Shown: in pieces, positions 1-13,277 of the stretch | Layout: each line of letters starts with the position of its first letter | Numbering within the stretch: position 1 is the first letter of the stretch | From: Paragordius varius | Lineage: Eukaryota; Animalia; Nematomorpha | Assembly (NCBI GenBank): GCA_964247055.1 | Contig: OZ176053.1 | Coordinates: 6,262,001-6,326,000 of the forward strand | Reading direction: 5' to 3' | DNA length: 64,000 nt | The notes under the pieces: model-generated | Database searches by the model: none | What the model saw: only the letters and a program-made list of their open reading frames with translations | What the model was told of the DNA's origin: nothing | Position numbers and translations under genes: made by a program

Positions 1-839
1 GTTTTTTATATAATTAACTTGGACGCATGTAAAATGTTATGTTTGAAATAAATTTCTAGGAGGGTATGGACCCATTTAACCACAAAATACCTATAAATGT
101 GCCCAAAGACCTATTTTTTCAATTATCACCTATGTTCGCTAAACCCTATGAAATTGGTTTCGTATACGTGCCCCTTAAAATTGTATCTTTGAAACATTTT
201 TGAAAAAATTGATGGTGATTATTAAAATTAATGCCAGCATAATAGAGCCATTTTTAGTTAGCCCCTTCCTGTGTTCAGACCCCTTGTAAAATTTACGTTT
301 TCGAAGGCCAACTGATTTTTTCGGTAAACTTATACCTCTATTCAATGATGACCCCATATTCCATTATCTGTAGGTCAATCATAACGAAATAACATAGTTG
401 AATTTGCCCTTGTTATTACAACCCCCTTAAAATTCTTTGCAAAAGTCTTAAAATATGTTCAACTTATCGTCGAAAAAGCGTAAAAATCCTAGATATTTCC
501 AATTATCATCCTTTTCAAGAAACAAATCTTTTGTTGAAATGTAGTATTTCCTCAATACATTCATCTATTTATATATTTATGAAAATGAGAAAGTGGGCAA
601 TTTTGGGGAACTATGGGCTTATCATATAAAATAATGCGTAGTCGAGGGATTTTTCGGACCCCATTTTAGATAGCAGTTAGACGATATTATTAAACCTATT
701 AACAATATTTGTCTGTGCTTTGATATTAAGAATATATCATTTGCATAATGGCACCAAATTTGGACTATAGGGATAGTAGTTACTATTTTGTTTAGGGTCA
801 AATTGTTTTATTACTCCGTTTTATCTTTTGTTTATTGTT

Positions 840-1020
840 TAAAACTCCATGACCCTTTGGGGAAGTTTTATATACCAGAGCGATTTAAATGCGAATATCT
901 TAAAAAGTATATAAGATATTAAGCCGAAATCAAAAATATGCTTTCTTTTGACTTTTAGGCGCATAATACATGAAAATCGTTTTAAAAAATGTAAAATTTC
1001 CTCCGCCATTTTTTGATCGC
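840..1020 (-). repeat. Dispersed repeat family B, copy 1 (degenerate non-autonomous element)
   Basis: Reverse complement reads aaaatggcgg...aaaagaaagcatatt...ttttaagatat...aaatcgctctgg...ccccaaagggtca, matching copies near 2735, 54340 and 55900. Ends not defined. Confidence 0.55.
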
Positions 1021-1110
1021 TAATGCAACAGGCAAATAAATGTATATTATGGAAAGAAAATTTAAATAATTAACTTAAAGCTTTCAAGCCACATTTTACC
1101 AGCCACTTAA

Positions 1111-1671
1111 CACTTTACAACACATTTATTTTAATCCTTCGATTCAAATTGGGGTAGTTAAATACCCCAGGCGTGTTTAAAATTAAATTCTTTAAAAAAT
1201 ATGGAAGGAATCGAAGCTATGGCAAAATTTTGCATATATAACATTAATAAACCGAAAGATATAAAAAAATTTATTCAAAAATACTTGATATTTATTTTAA
1301 GATAAAACCGAAAGGTAAAAATTTAGTCAACGTGACATGTTTGTAATGGTAAATTCATAAATAATACAAAATAAACCGCTTTTTCTATTTCTATCAATGT
1401 TAGTGTAATTTAAATAAAAAATTAGTTAAATTTACCCTTAAAATTAAATAAAGACGATGTTTTGAAAAATTTTATAAAATAAAAATGGCGTCGAAGTAGT
1501 TTTATATGGAACTTTTTTTCAAAACAAAATTTTATATAGATATTTTTGCATATTTATATAATATTAGGATAGAAGCATAAAATTAAATTGGGACCATTCC
1601 CTTCAGTAGTTTTTTAATAATCCTAACTCAAATTTAGTTTGGGGTATTTAGACACCCAATGAATCGAAGTG
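1111..1671 (+). mobile_element. piggyBac-like MITE (family A) flanked by TTAA
   Basis: TTAA at 1107-1110 and 1672-1675. Ends CACTT...AAGTG. Subterminal inverted blocks cttcgattcaaattggggta / tggggtattt...gaatcgaag. The interior is the reverse complement of 19037-19617. Confidence 0.75.
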
Positions 1672-2734
1672 TTAATATATAATTTTAATATCAGCTGTTT
1701 GATTCGATCGTTTTTAAACTTTAAAAGTCACAAAACTGTAAAAATATAAGCTTTTTTTATCTAATACATGACAATGTTTGTTTGATAATTTAATTTTACC
1801 TGAATAACTTTAAAAAATTTATTAATTTACATGATTGAGCTTTGGGATAATAAAATCCCAATATGTCAGCCGAGAAAAAAATGAACGAGTCATCAAATGT
1901 AAATAAATTCACATCGATTAAGTTACACCGCGTGACAAAGAACGCTGTAGCAATATCATAAAAAATTACCTTTTAGAACCCATAAGATATAAATTGTAAA
2001 ATGAATATTCAACAAAAATTACAATATAAAAGTTAAAACAACTCCGCGTAAATTTAACTTTTATGTATAAAAATGATCATTCGGTTTTATGAAACGAGAA
2101 AGTATTTCGTAACATGTTAATATTTGTGAAAAGTATTATTATTTATATAATAATTGGTACAATTAGTGGTTGATTCGGCTTTGTTTTAACAAATTAAAAA
2201 AATAGGTTTTTCGCACAAGGTAAATTATTTATCCTCTATTTCAATTTTTATATCCTTATATATTTAATTTAGAATTTTTTAGCTGAAATGGTCAAATAAA
2301 TGTATTTATCACATAAATATAAAAATAACATATACTAAGGTAATTCTGCAGAGGAATGGAACATTATAAAATATTGATCAAAGTTTAATTAGTAGGTAGA
2401 ATGTATATCCATTCAACTCTAATTGACGCAACAAAATATTTTTATAAGCCTAGAAATTTTAAAAGTTAAAATGACATTCATTTTTAAAAAATTGTTTGTT
2501 CCGCCATTTGATGAGTGCCGCATATTATATTTTGATAAACAGAACTTGTAAACTTTTCTTTGAGAAAGAATTTTTTACATTCTGACTTCTAGTGTATGAA
2601 ATTGACACAGATACAAAACACGATTGAAACGAACTGCTGATATTCAAATAATACTATATCAAGCTTTTGCTGGTAAAATATAGAATAAAAGCTTTAAAAG
2701 TTTATATTTACATTTTTTAACCATAATATCGTTT

Positions 2735-2915
2735 AAAAATGGCGGCAAAAAAGTTTGGGATAAGGTTTTTCAAAAATTTTACATACTTTTTTAAAAAAAA
2801 TTATGTATAAGACGCCTAAATGTCTAAAGATTTATTACCTTAAATTCTTTTTAAGATATTTAAATTTCAAATCGCTCTGTGATGTAAAATTACCCCAAAA
2901 GGTCACGGGGAAAGC
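2735..2915 (+). repeat. Dispersed repeat family B, copy 2
   Basis: aaaaatggcggc...ttttaagatattt...aaatcgctctgtgatgtaaaattaccccaaaaggtcacgggg, homologous to 840-1020 (-). Confidence 0.55.
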
Positions 2916-5017
2916 TTTTAAAATTAAAAATGGTAAACATTTTTTTCAAAAACAATAAACCTGTTTTGTTCATTATTTGTAATTTGTAAAAATTAACTAA
3001 TTTTAAAAAGGTTGGTACTTCATAATTTTCTAAATATTTTTATTAATTTACTCTAACTTTTATTACACGATTTAAATAACCATACAAAATAACTTATACC
3101 ATTTTTATTTTTCATTTTTCTGAAATGTTTGCTATTAAAACCCAAATGAAAATTAAAATCTATGTACGCAATCATTATATAACATTTTTCTCAATTTTAA
3201 TAATATAATATAATTAAATTGATATATCTTATAATATGATAGAAAGCAATCCATGCATCTTTTATTATCAACCAAACTGCATGTAGTTAATGTAAGTTAT
3301 TAAATAAAAAATTATAAATTATTTTACATTAAGTATTTGGTTCAAGAGCCCCTAAATCAATATATAATTTCTATACATATCTAGAAAGTTCATATTTTTA
3401 GGTACAATATTCTTGCTTGTCTGTTCATGAATAAAATGATTTTAAATTTGCTGGGAACATTTGTACCATTATTATTTAATTTATTTGAGATATATATGCA
3501 AATTATTATATTATACCTAAAAATTTTACAAATTTTTTCTATTTAATATTATCAAATATTTTTTAATCATCATATATTAAAAAAATATACATTTTTAAAT
3601 TAATTTATAATTATGTCATGTATATAAATATAGATATAGACTAAGAGTGTAATTTTTCACACTGGCTTGTTTGTTAATCAAAAAAAAATTGAGCAAAAAA
3701 TTTACTTTTATCTCCTATATAAAGTGGCGGTGTGAAAGTTTGGATAGGAATACGTGCGGTCGGTGATCATATAGAATTTAATTAAATTTATATTAATGTT
3801 GTTGTAATTTTATAATAAATATTAATTAAAATTACATTTTGGAAAAAAAGCGATATATTTATAAGGTTGATCAACTTTTGGAGATGATATGATAGTGTGT
3901 GTGTGTGCTGGGAAAAATCAATTAAAATAATTAATTATATCTAACAAAAATGATGGACCATAACTTATATTTACGCGCTTTCTTATGGTGGAGGTTTTCT
4001 GGTTTAAACAAACAAAAATATGTTGTTATCCATACTATAATATTTAATTAAGGAATCATTTTAAGATCATATATTATATTTAATTAACTAACAATACTTA
4101 AAAATATGTTTTTGTTATGTATCTATCCCATTTATATTGTAAAATTATGAGCTTCCGAACCTTGTTAAACCCGGATATGATATAAGGTTTCCAAAGCACT
4201 GAACCAAGCCCTAATCAGAACTCGTTTGTAACAAATTTAATGGTACTGAAGTGTTAAATTACTGTTTTATTCGAGGCTACAATAAATCCTGATAAAATAT
4301 CAATAATTTGATGAAAAAATCATGCTGCTCTTGGTTGTTCCATATCAAAAACTCGCCCAATACATCAAAATTTATAAAAGCTAACTTCCAACCAAACTAT
4401 TTTGTTAATATATATTATGATATTAAAAATAAGCTACCTTTTTTATATTGGAGATGCGTGCTCCAGAAGTTTAAAATTTTTTCAATTGGCCAGTTTTCAT
4501 GAAATAAACGTAGAAATGCTGCACTTGCGAGATAACAGATTATGACATGAATAAGAATTATTTTTAAAAATGCACTTGTTTAAAGTAATTATTGCTGAAG
4601 CATATTTTATGGTATTTAACATGGTTGAATAGTTATAAAACGCTTAAAGTAAACACCTTTTCTATATAATTCAATGATTTCATAATTTTAATTAATTCGT
4701 TCGTCTTATGTAAATTATGATTATTGTGTTTGTTTAAAAAATCTACCCAAATCTGAAAAAGCAATCGAATGTTTTATCAAAATCCTGGCGTGATAGAAAT
4801 ATTTAACGGCATCTAATTATGTATTGTCATATTATTTTAATCTGTTTTTATACAGTTTCTACCATGATTTAAAATACCATTATGCTACACAAAATTTCAA
4901 AAATCTAATTTTTAATATGCAATTTTCCAATTTTTAAAATTGTTATCATGAAAAATCGGCATTTTCACTTTGACTAGCTCATTTTAAGGGGTCCAAAAAT
5001 TTGAAGAACCTCTGAAT

Positions 5018-5288
5018 CAGTGGTTTCCAACAGGGGGGCGCATAATTGGAGAATTTAATTAAAAAATAAAACCAGAAACAAATTGAAGGATTTCAGCTGC
5101 AAATTATAAAGATTTGTCACCGATACGAAAAAATATTTCAAAAAATGCAAATACATGGATCTCATTGATTGGGATTTTATAATATTATTGTAAATATTAC
5201 ATTGTTATCTTGGATATATTTAAGAGGGGGGCAAGAATTTTTATTTTCAATTTGGTAGGGCGTGAACAAAAAAAGGTTGGAACCACTG
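5018..5288. mobile_element. hAT (Charlie-like) MITE, 271 bp
   Basis: TIRs CAGTGGTTTCCAAC (5018) and GTTGGAACCACTG (ending 5288). 8-bp TSD CTCTGAAT / CTCTAAAT with one mismatch. Confidence 0.8.
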
Positions 5289-7814
5289 CTCTAAATTAAA
5301 AGTACGTAGTTTATAATTATATATTAAATAAAAGAGAGGTAAATTATTTATCTTTTACCAAAATTTGTATCAATTGAGCTAATTTTGCAAAGTTTTTGGA
5401 CCTGAAATCAGCACAAAAGTATAAATTAACTTTATTAAATGACTCGTAAGGCCCAAAACATCATGATTACCCGATAAATTTTTTATCAGTTACATATATT
5501 CCAGGATATATTTTATTTGCACTGTATATAGTTTTTTAATTAAATATTAAGAAATAATAGAGTTATGTACAAATGAATAATTATATTTTATTTAAAACTG
5601 TCAAAAAAAACAAGCTTTCATAATTTCAAACAAATCCCAATAGAACAATTAATATAATTTTTTAAGAGATCCCCGATTAGAAAAATATACTAATTTAATG
5701 TCAATGACTTACATTAATGGACCTAATGTTTCCCCGAGATTAGATTTTGGGGGTTTTAAACAATGATTATTAAGAGTGGGGTCATTGGATGGGTAAAATT
5801 TTGTTTTACTTCAAAAAGATCGAATTTTAACATACATTAAATATTTATGTAATGCTACAAAAATTCTACTCTAAACTTTTAATTCCATGTAATTTTTAAT
5901 TAAAAAAAACTGCAAATAAAATAAAAAATAAATATATATATAATAACCTTTTGAACCAATTTCATCTTTTCTTCCACTTTTCATATAATACTATGTATGT
6001 AATTGACCATGTTAAAAAATTGTGTATAGAATACTGGCAAAAGTGATCAAATTTTGTGTGTTGTTTTCAAAATTTAAAATCAATAATAACAGAGAAAATA
6101 AGTATTCTTGTCTACGAAACTTATTCAATAGTTTGTTTTCGATAGTAGGAGAAAATGCAATTTCAACTTTTGTTTTAGGCGTGTGCTTGGACACGCATTA
6201 TTTTACAATAAGAGAATCATGATATTTGTGAAAAAATAGATGCAATTGGTAAAACTTTAATTAAAAAAATGGAAAAATATGGTAATTTTAAAATCCAAAT
6301 GATAAGATTAATTATATGTTAATGGTATCAACTTTTAGGGAGTCATCTTACTTAAATACAATGAATGATGTTGAAAAAACGGGGAAATTTTTAAAAAAAC
6401 ATTAAATAAGACTAAACTTTACAGTCATGACTTGGTATTATATTCGTTGAATTTTAATAGAGCTTATGCACATTCGTGATTCCGTTTAAAAAATTAAAAA
6501 AATTAATCAAAAATGTTTTGTATTTTGTTTTAAAAATAAATGTTGAATAATCCCCATCATATATGAAATTTATTTATATATGTTCAATAATATAAATATT
6601 AATATATTACATCTGGATTAATTTATTTTATTTTTTATGAATAAAACAAAAACTTTTGTGTTAAAAATTTGGATAAATCTAACACTTCTACTTTTCAACA
6701 CACACCGCAAACAAGAGGATTTTCTGTATAATTAATTTTTTTGTATTTTTCTTGGTTTTAAAAAAGTTTTTTTTTATTTTTTACATACATTTTTCCAAAA
6801 TTTCAAATTATGTTATTGTCGAACGATAAAATTCATGTTAACTTTTTCCAATACAAATTAATTAGATTTGTATGTAATAAGTGTTGAAAACATTATTATT
6901 ATATATATCATTTATATAAATAAAATTTTTTAAACAATAATTAATCAAGTTATGTTAAAGGAATCTTCAATCTTTAGGTATCAACCACAAAACTCTTAGC
7001 TAATTAAAATTTGTAAAAATCATTTAATTAAAATTATTCGATTATAGTCACATAGGAGACCAAATCATTATTGGTACTGAAATTTAAACCATTAACTTTG
7101 AACTCGCGGTTTTAAATGGTGCCGAAATTATAACATTTTAATTTGCAGTATTAATACCTTATGTAAACCTAACTTTTAAATAAAAAATATGCTATTAAGA
7201 TTTTTAAATAAAAGTAGCATAAAATAATTTGTATAAAATGTTTATATTTTTTGGCCATTTATTTACTAATTTAAAATAAATGAAACCGAATTAAAGCCAT
7301 TTGACCGAAAAAAGAATGGAGCTGGCACCTAGGCTTAAGTAAGATATGTAAATATGCTTAATTCCCACCAATCTTCGATTCAAATATATTTATTCGAATT
7401 TTTACATGTATTAGCGCGGTACATTTTTGTGCGAACGATGATTAACAATATTTTAATGCATTTGTTTTAGTTTACTTTCGGAATTTAAATGGCTTAATAA
7501 ATTTTGCTCATATAATCGCCATTATATTTTTAATGGATTAATAATATTAATATTATTGAAGGAAGTTAATTTATAAATTATTTATACCTAAAAACAAACC
7601 AAAATCCATTAGATGAAAATATTTTAAAAATCTAAGTAATAATTAAATTACCTTTACAAAAATAATTAAATTAAAATTAATTATAACAAATATGCTTGCT
7701 TCATGTTTAATATTTGAATCCACGAATAAACCAAATCAAATTTAAATAAGAAGAAAGCCTAATAAATTATTGAATTATTTTTATTAATTAAATAGTATAA
7801 AAACTGAAGTGATG

Positions 7815-7818
<4 letters not shown>

Positions 7819-7860
<42 letters not shown>
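7819..7860. repeat. (AT)n microsatellite
   Basis: About 21 perfect AT units. Similar tracts at ~13238-13272, ~39338-39368 and ~42899-42921. Confidence 0.9.
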
Positions 7861-7862
<2 letters not shown>

Positions 7863-10345
7863 TAGGGTACGGACTCTCATACGGGTGGTGGCCAAAGTTC
7901 AAACCCCAAAACTATGCCATTTTCCCATTATCACTGTCAGCCTTGGGCAGACGATTGTTAAAATTCACAAGTTCTGATACAAATTAAGTCCTTACCCTTT
8001 AATTAAAAAAGAAAGTAGTGATACAGCTTATATTTTTTATAAGAAACAGTTTTTTAGATATGCACAATACAAAGGTTGGCATTAGTGACCGTGAATGTGA
8101 TCGCTAATAAAAATTATCAGTAAAATACCGATAAACATATTTTAGGTTAAATTCAAAATGATTGGTATTAATATATAAATAAATAACCAATATAACACAG
8201 TATGTTGTTTTGTGAAGTAACATATATTTTACAATCAAATTTATAATGACTGCTTATGACCATGAATAATTGCATATACAGTCCGAATGTTTATTATATT
8301 TTGACCGATTAAAAACGCATCCTATTATATACTATTAACATTTTATAAGTGTATTTTTCGTGAAGGTGTTCATAACCTCACAGCTTTTAACATGTATAAC
8401 TATTATTTAAAAAGTCGGATTTGCTATAATATTTTTAAGTAACGCACACGAGTTACTGTTAAAATATCTTATAATGCTTTTGGTTTTGGGACCGGTTATT
8501 TGAGAAATTTTCAAGTTTGAATAATTGACCCTAACACTAGATCCAAAATGGGGGAATATAAAAATATAAACTGATGAAATAATATACATTCTGATGGGAA
8601 AATGTATATTATCATGGTGCTTTTAGCTTTAGCCCTTGCAATTTATATAAAAAAATATTATCATTTTTGTAAATTTTCCATATCAGAAAATGCCAAAATT
8701 TGCACACATTTTTTTAAACATAATTTTTTTGGCCAAAGATAGATGTTTCATTCAAAAAATATCACTAAATTATATCATAAATAGTATTTAAATTTTGTAT
8801 CTCTGAAAGTCATTTTTTTAGAAGGCTTCTAAAATCAAAAGAAATAAAGCTAAAAATAATACTTTTAAGTCTTAAAAAACAAAAATAAATTTTAATTATT
8901 TATTTAAATGTTTAAAGTTACAATATCGTTTTTTAAAAATGATTTAAGTTTTATATATAATAAAGAAAATAGGAGAGAGTTCTTGTATTTTTTCATCATT
9001 GGTATTAGTGTATATTAACAAAAAAATATAATGCATTTTTTTGTTATGATTGTAACTTAAGAGCTTATATCGTTTATCTAAATCTCTTTTTTATATCAGT
9101 CAAAAATTTTACCCTTCTAGCTTTGACTTGTATTATATAACCAATAGAGTGTTGACACCACCAAGGTGTAAGTTTAGGGCTTTAAATGAGAAAACTTTAT
9201 TTTATGGTTACGATGAATTTCTTATACAGCAATTGTGCGGTAAAATATTTTATTTTAATAATTTATTTATTGCGACAAATGGTAAAAAGAACCGAAGAAT
9301 ACGTTAGCTTGAGATAATGAAAAAGTCAATATATCAAAATCAATGTGAATATTAGTTGGTTTCTTCCAAGAAATACTAATTTATATACTATTCCTAAAAA
9401 ATGAAACTTTTCTTCACTTAGAAAAAGATAGATATTAAAGTAGCTTAGATGCGTTGATATATTAAATAAATTATGAAGTTTTTTTTTCAAAAAATGACAA
9501 ACTTCTAGAATATATTACTATTAGAAAGAAGAAATAGTGTCAATGATGGATATTAATTTTTATTGCCAAACTAAACTACTGCTTATAAATCTTATGTAGT
9601 ATTGCATTAAAAATCCATATTATATGTGAGATTAATGGTTATGCATTATTTTATATATACGCTACTAGGCAAAAACTTATGAAAGAAATTCTTTTATATT
9701 ATGAAAAAATTTTTTGATTTAGAAATCTGGTAATACACGCATTTTAATATTATATTATACATATTTATCACCATCATCAAAAGTTTTCATCAAAGTTAGA
9801 AATCTTCTTCCAACACATCATATTTTGACACTTGTCTAATATAAAAATCTGGAGTCGTATAAGTTAATAAAGTCAAATTTTAGTAAAAAAAGTTGTGCAT
9901 AATAAATATGGTAGGTTATTAAATATTCCATCCCATCATTTCATGAATATTTATATTTGAGGAGGAAGTTTTAAAAATTATTTTGCAAATCTAATTATGA
10001 TGTATAATAATAGCTTTAGTGTAAATTCCACCCTTCCAAAAACAAATTAAAAAGAATTTGTCGTCAACACAAAAAATTACTATAATAAACTAATTTAAGT
10101 AAAAAAAATGTTATTAATAATTTGAATCAAAGAGTCACTTAGCTATTCTGAGTAGTTTAATTATCGAATTTTAATTTAACAAGAGAGGATAAAACAAATA
10201 ATTATATATCCATGTCCTTAATCTATAAATTATTTATTACGCTACAAGAGATCTAACTATATAAATATATGTTATAATAGATTTTGTTGGTAGGTATGTA
10301 CAAATTTAATCATTTATAAAAAAAATTTATACATATAATTATAGT

Positions 10346-13232
10346 TTAGTAAATATTGTAAATGTGGGAAATTTGTTGAAGGGAAATGACACTTGATTCA
10401 GGATCTAAGCTTAACAACTTTTTATCAACATTTTGTGAGGCTGGTGATTGTTGTAAGTCTAAACTCCTATTTTGTTTCGATTTCCTTTCTTGTAAATTAT
10501 CTCTTTGTTCAATTGGTAGAACATTTGCATGATTAATTGAATTATTTATAACATTAAAACTTTCTTTCTGGTTTATATTGTCACCTAAAACAACTAAATT
10601 ATTTTGGTTTTTGATGTTGGAAAAAGATTCAAATCGATGTAAATTATCATTGTCATAGACTACTGATGATTGGTGAAGATTATCATAGCTTGTATTGACC
10701 AATGAGCCATTTCCAATCTTTTCTTCAATTGTCCCGCGTACAATAAATCGATAAACAACTGTTTCCCTTTTATAAAAATATTTTACTATAATGTAAAAGA
10801 TATTAAAATATCAAAAACTGGTTGAAATTTTTTAGAATTTTACGTGAATAAGATTATATTTTAAAATTTCCCATTTTTTTATAAAGGACGTATGTCAAAT
10901 CAACACAAATGCGAAATAATTAAAACTACATGTATTCTCGTGACACGAAAAAAAGCGTTAATATAGCATATTTATAAAAACTGAAATGGATGAATTCAAA
11001 ATATATATCAATCTTTTTGTATTAATTATGATAAAATTTCCCGTCTTAAAAAATGCTAATAAAAAATGCCTTTAAGTCAGTTAGTCCCTTATAAAAAAAA
11101 CCAATTAGCGAAAAATGGCAATATTATAATACCAAGATTAAATAAAAAATGGTAGGAGAAAATGGAGGCTATCCATACATATTATATAAATAAAATTAAT
11201 AAATAACGCTATAATTTGTCCTGATGTACGATTACTTGACTAAAGCAAATTGGCTTTACTAAAATCATTAAAAAAGACGTGGTAGTTATTGTGAAGGAAA
11301 TTATATACAAAAAAACATATAATACAAACCTAATTTATTATCATTTCTTAGGTGCCTTTAAATGATAACCAACCAAATAGAAATTTGTTAATAGACTATT
11401 ATTGCGTATGAAATCGAAAAAAATCCATCACAAATCCACCTATAATGCGTCCGTCCTTTTAAAGAACAACAAAAATTACATAAATGATTTAATATTTCCG
11501 AAACAGACACACACACACAAAACGCATTAGAGAAGATTAATATCAATCACAAACAAATTAATAGCCATAAATATTAAAGATACAAATCTCTTTATGTGAG
11601 AAAAGGGACAGATATAACATGGACACAGATATAAAATCAGTTAGGTGTAATTTATATACTTTGGTTCGTAAATTATTTGCAAAGTCACTCAAACCATTAT
11701 TATTATTATAACTGTGTATTGGATAGATTTTTTTTGCAAATTTAAAAAAGATATATTTTATGATTAGCCGCTAACTAAACAATTTATATGGTATGGCCCC
11801 TGATGATTAAAAAGTCAGATGTATATAGAAGATAGATAACATAGAAAATTTATTGAGTTGGCGGTTTTTTACATGGTAAGCTAATTTAATTATAGAGCTG
11901 CTTTTTTAATATATTTTTGTTACCATTAAAACTTTCATCAACAAATGTCAAATTAAAATTTCATTAAAATGGGATGTATTTCTATTAACAAGGTTTCAAA
12001 TTTTAAAATATTTTTGTGGACAATAATATAAAGGATTATATATTGTGTATCTTTAAGGGGCGTACTATATTGTAAAAATTTATTTTGGATAGAACGTGAC
12101 ATTTCTATGTTGTTAAAAATATAAATGTGGTTTTACATATCCAAAATTTACATATTATATTAAGAGAAATAAATTTTCAGTTATACAAAATGGACAATTG
12201 AATAAATTTTTGTTTTGCAAGAAACCAGATAATAAAATGAATTAATAATACTTATTGATACCGGTACCACAAAATTTTGAATATATTAACACTTCAATAC
12301 TTTTTTTGGTAGTTATTAGGCTTTGAAATATATAAAGTTAAAAACTGTAAAAATCACAGCTTTTATCTAATACATAAGTATAATACAACAATTTTAACCA
12401 ATTCCTAATAATTTTAACAAGAAAAGTTCTGGAAAATTACCCCAAAATGTAATTAATTAAAAGTCCAAAAAAGGTAATTAATTGAAAAGTGGGTAAAATT
12501 AAGCCATTTAATATATTAACATATGTAAAATTTCGAAAATATTTCTAAAATTACCGCATTTGACCAATTCTGTGGACTCGACCGATTGCTTGTTCTTCGA
12601 TAGCTTTATTAAAAATTGGTTCCACCAATAAAACATGAGTTGCTTCGGTTATATTTAAGCCTTTGCCCCCATGTTGATAGGGTAAGAGTAGGACATTAAT
12701 ATCGGCACTTTTCTTGAATAAATTAAGTGCTTTCTAATTATGAATATGAAATATAGAGGTGATATATAATTTATTAAAGCTATAAACAAGTTGTTAATTA
12801 ATATAAAAAAGTAAATAACAAATAAGAAATTAGCGTTTAAATCACAGTATCAATGCGATTACTTAAAAATATTTTTAATTCAATCAAATATTGATTAAGT
12901 GTAATATAAATCTACTATATACCTTTGTAATTCTAAACATTTAAATCGATTGAATAACTTAATTATAAAGATATTACGTTGCATACTGTCTACCTTAAAA
13001 TCTTTTTTATCGAAAATACGTGTAAATTTAATATTGTTTTCTGTCAGGGCTATCCCTAGGATATGTAATATATCTTTCCATGTCGAAAAAACAATCGATT
13101 TTGCCAAACCATCTTTACGAGCAATAATTTTAAGCTGTGATATTATTCCCTTCACTTTAACGGAATAACTTCCCTAGTTATAAAAAATGTGTATGTAGTT
13201 TAAAGTAATTTTTAGGTTATAAACGCTCGTAA

Positions 13233-13277
<45 letters not shown>

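Noticed and set aside
4120-4540. Coding-like segment with a 64-aa ORF
   Set aside because: Multiple stops in all frames and no recognisable domain.
11440-11545. Helitron/HINE-like 5' end with a (GT)n tract on the minus strand
   Set aside because: No 3' hairpin/CTAG end was identified; the evidence is limited to a microsatellite-bearing motif.
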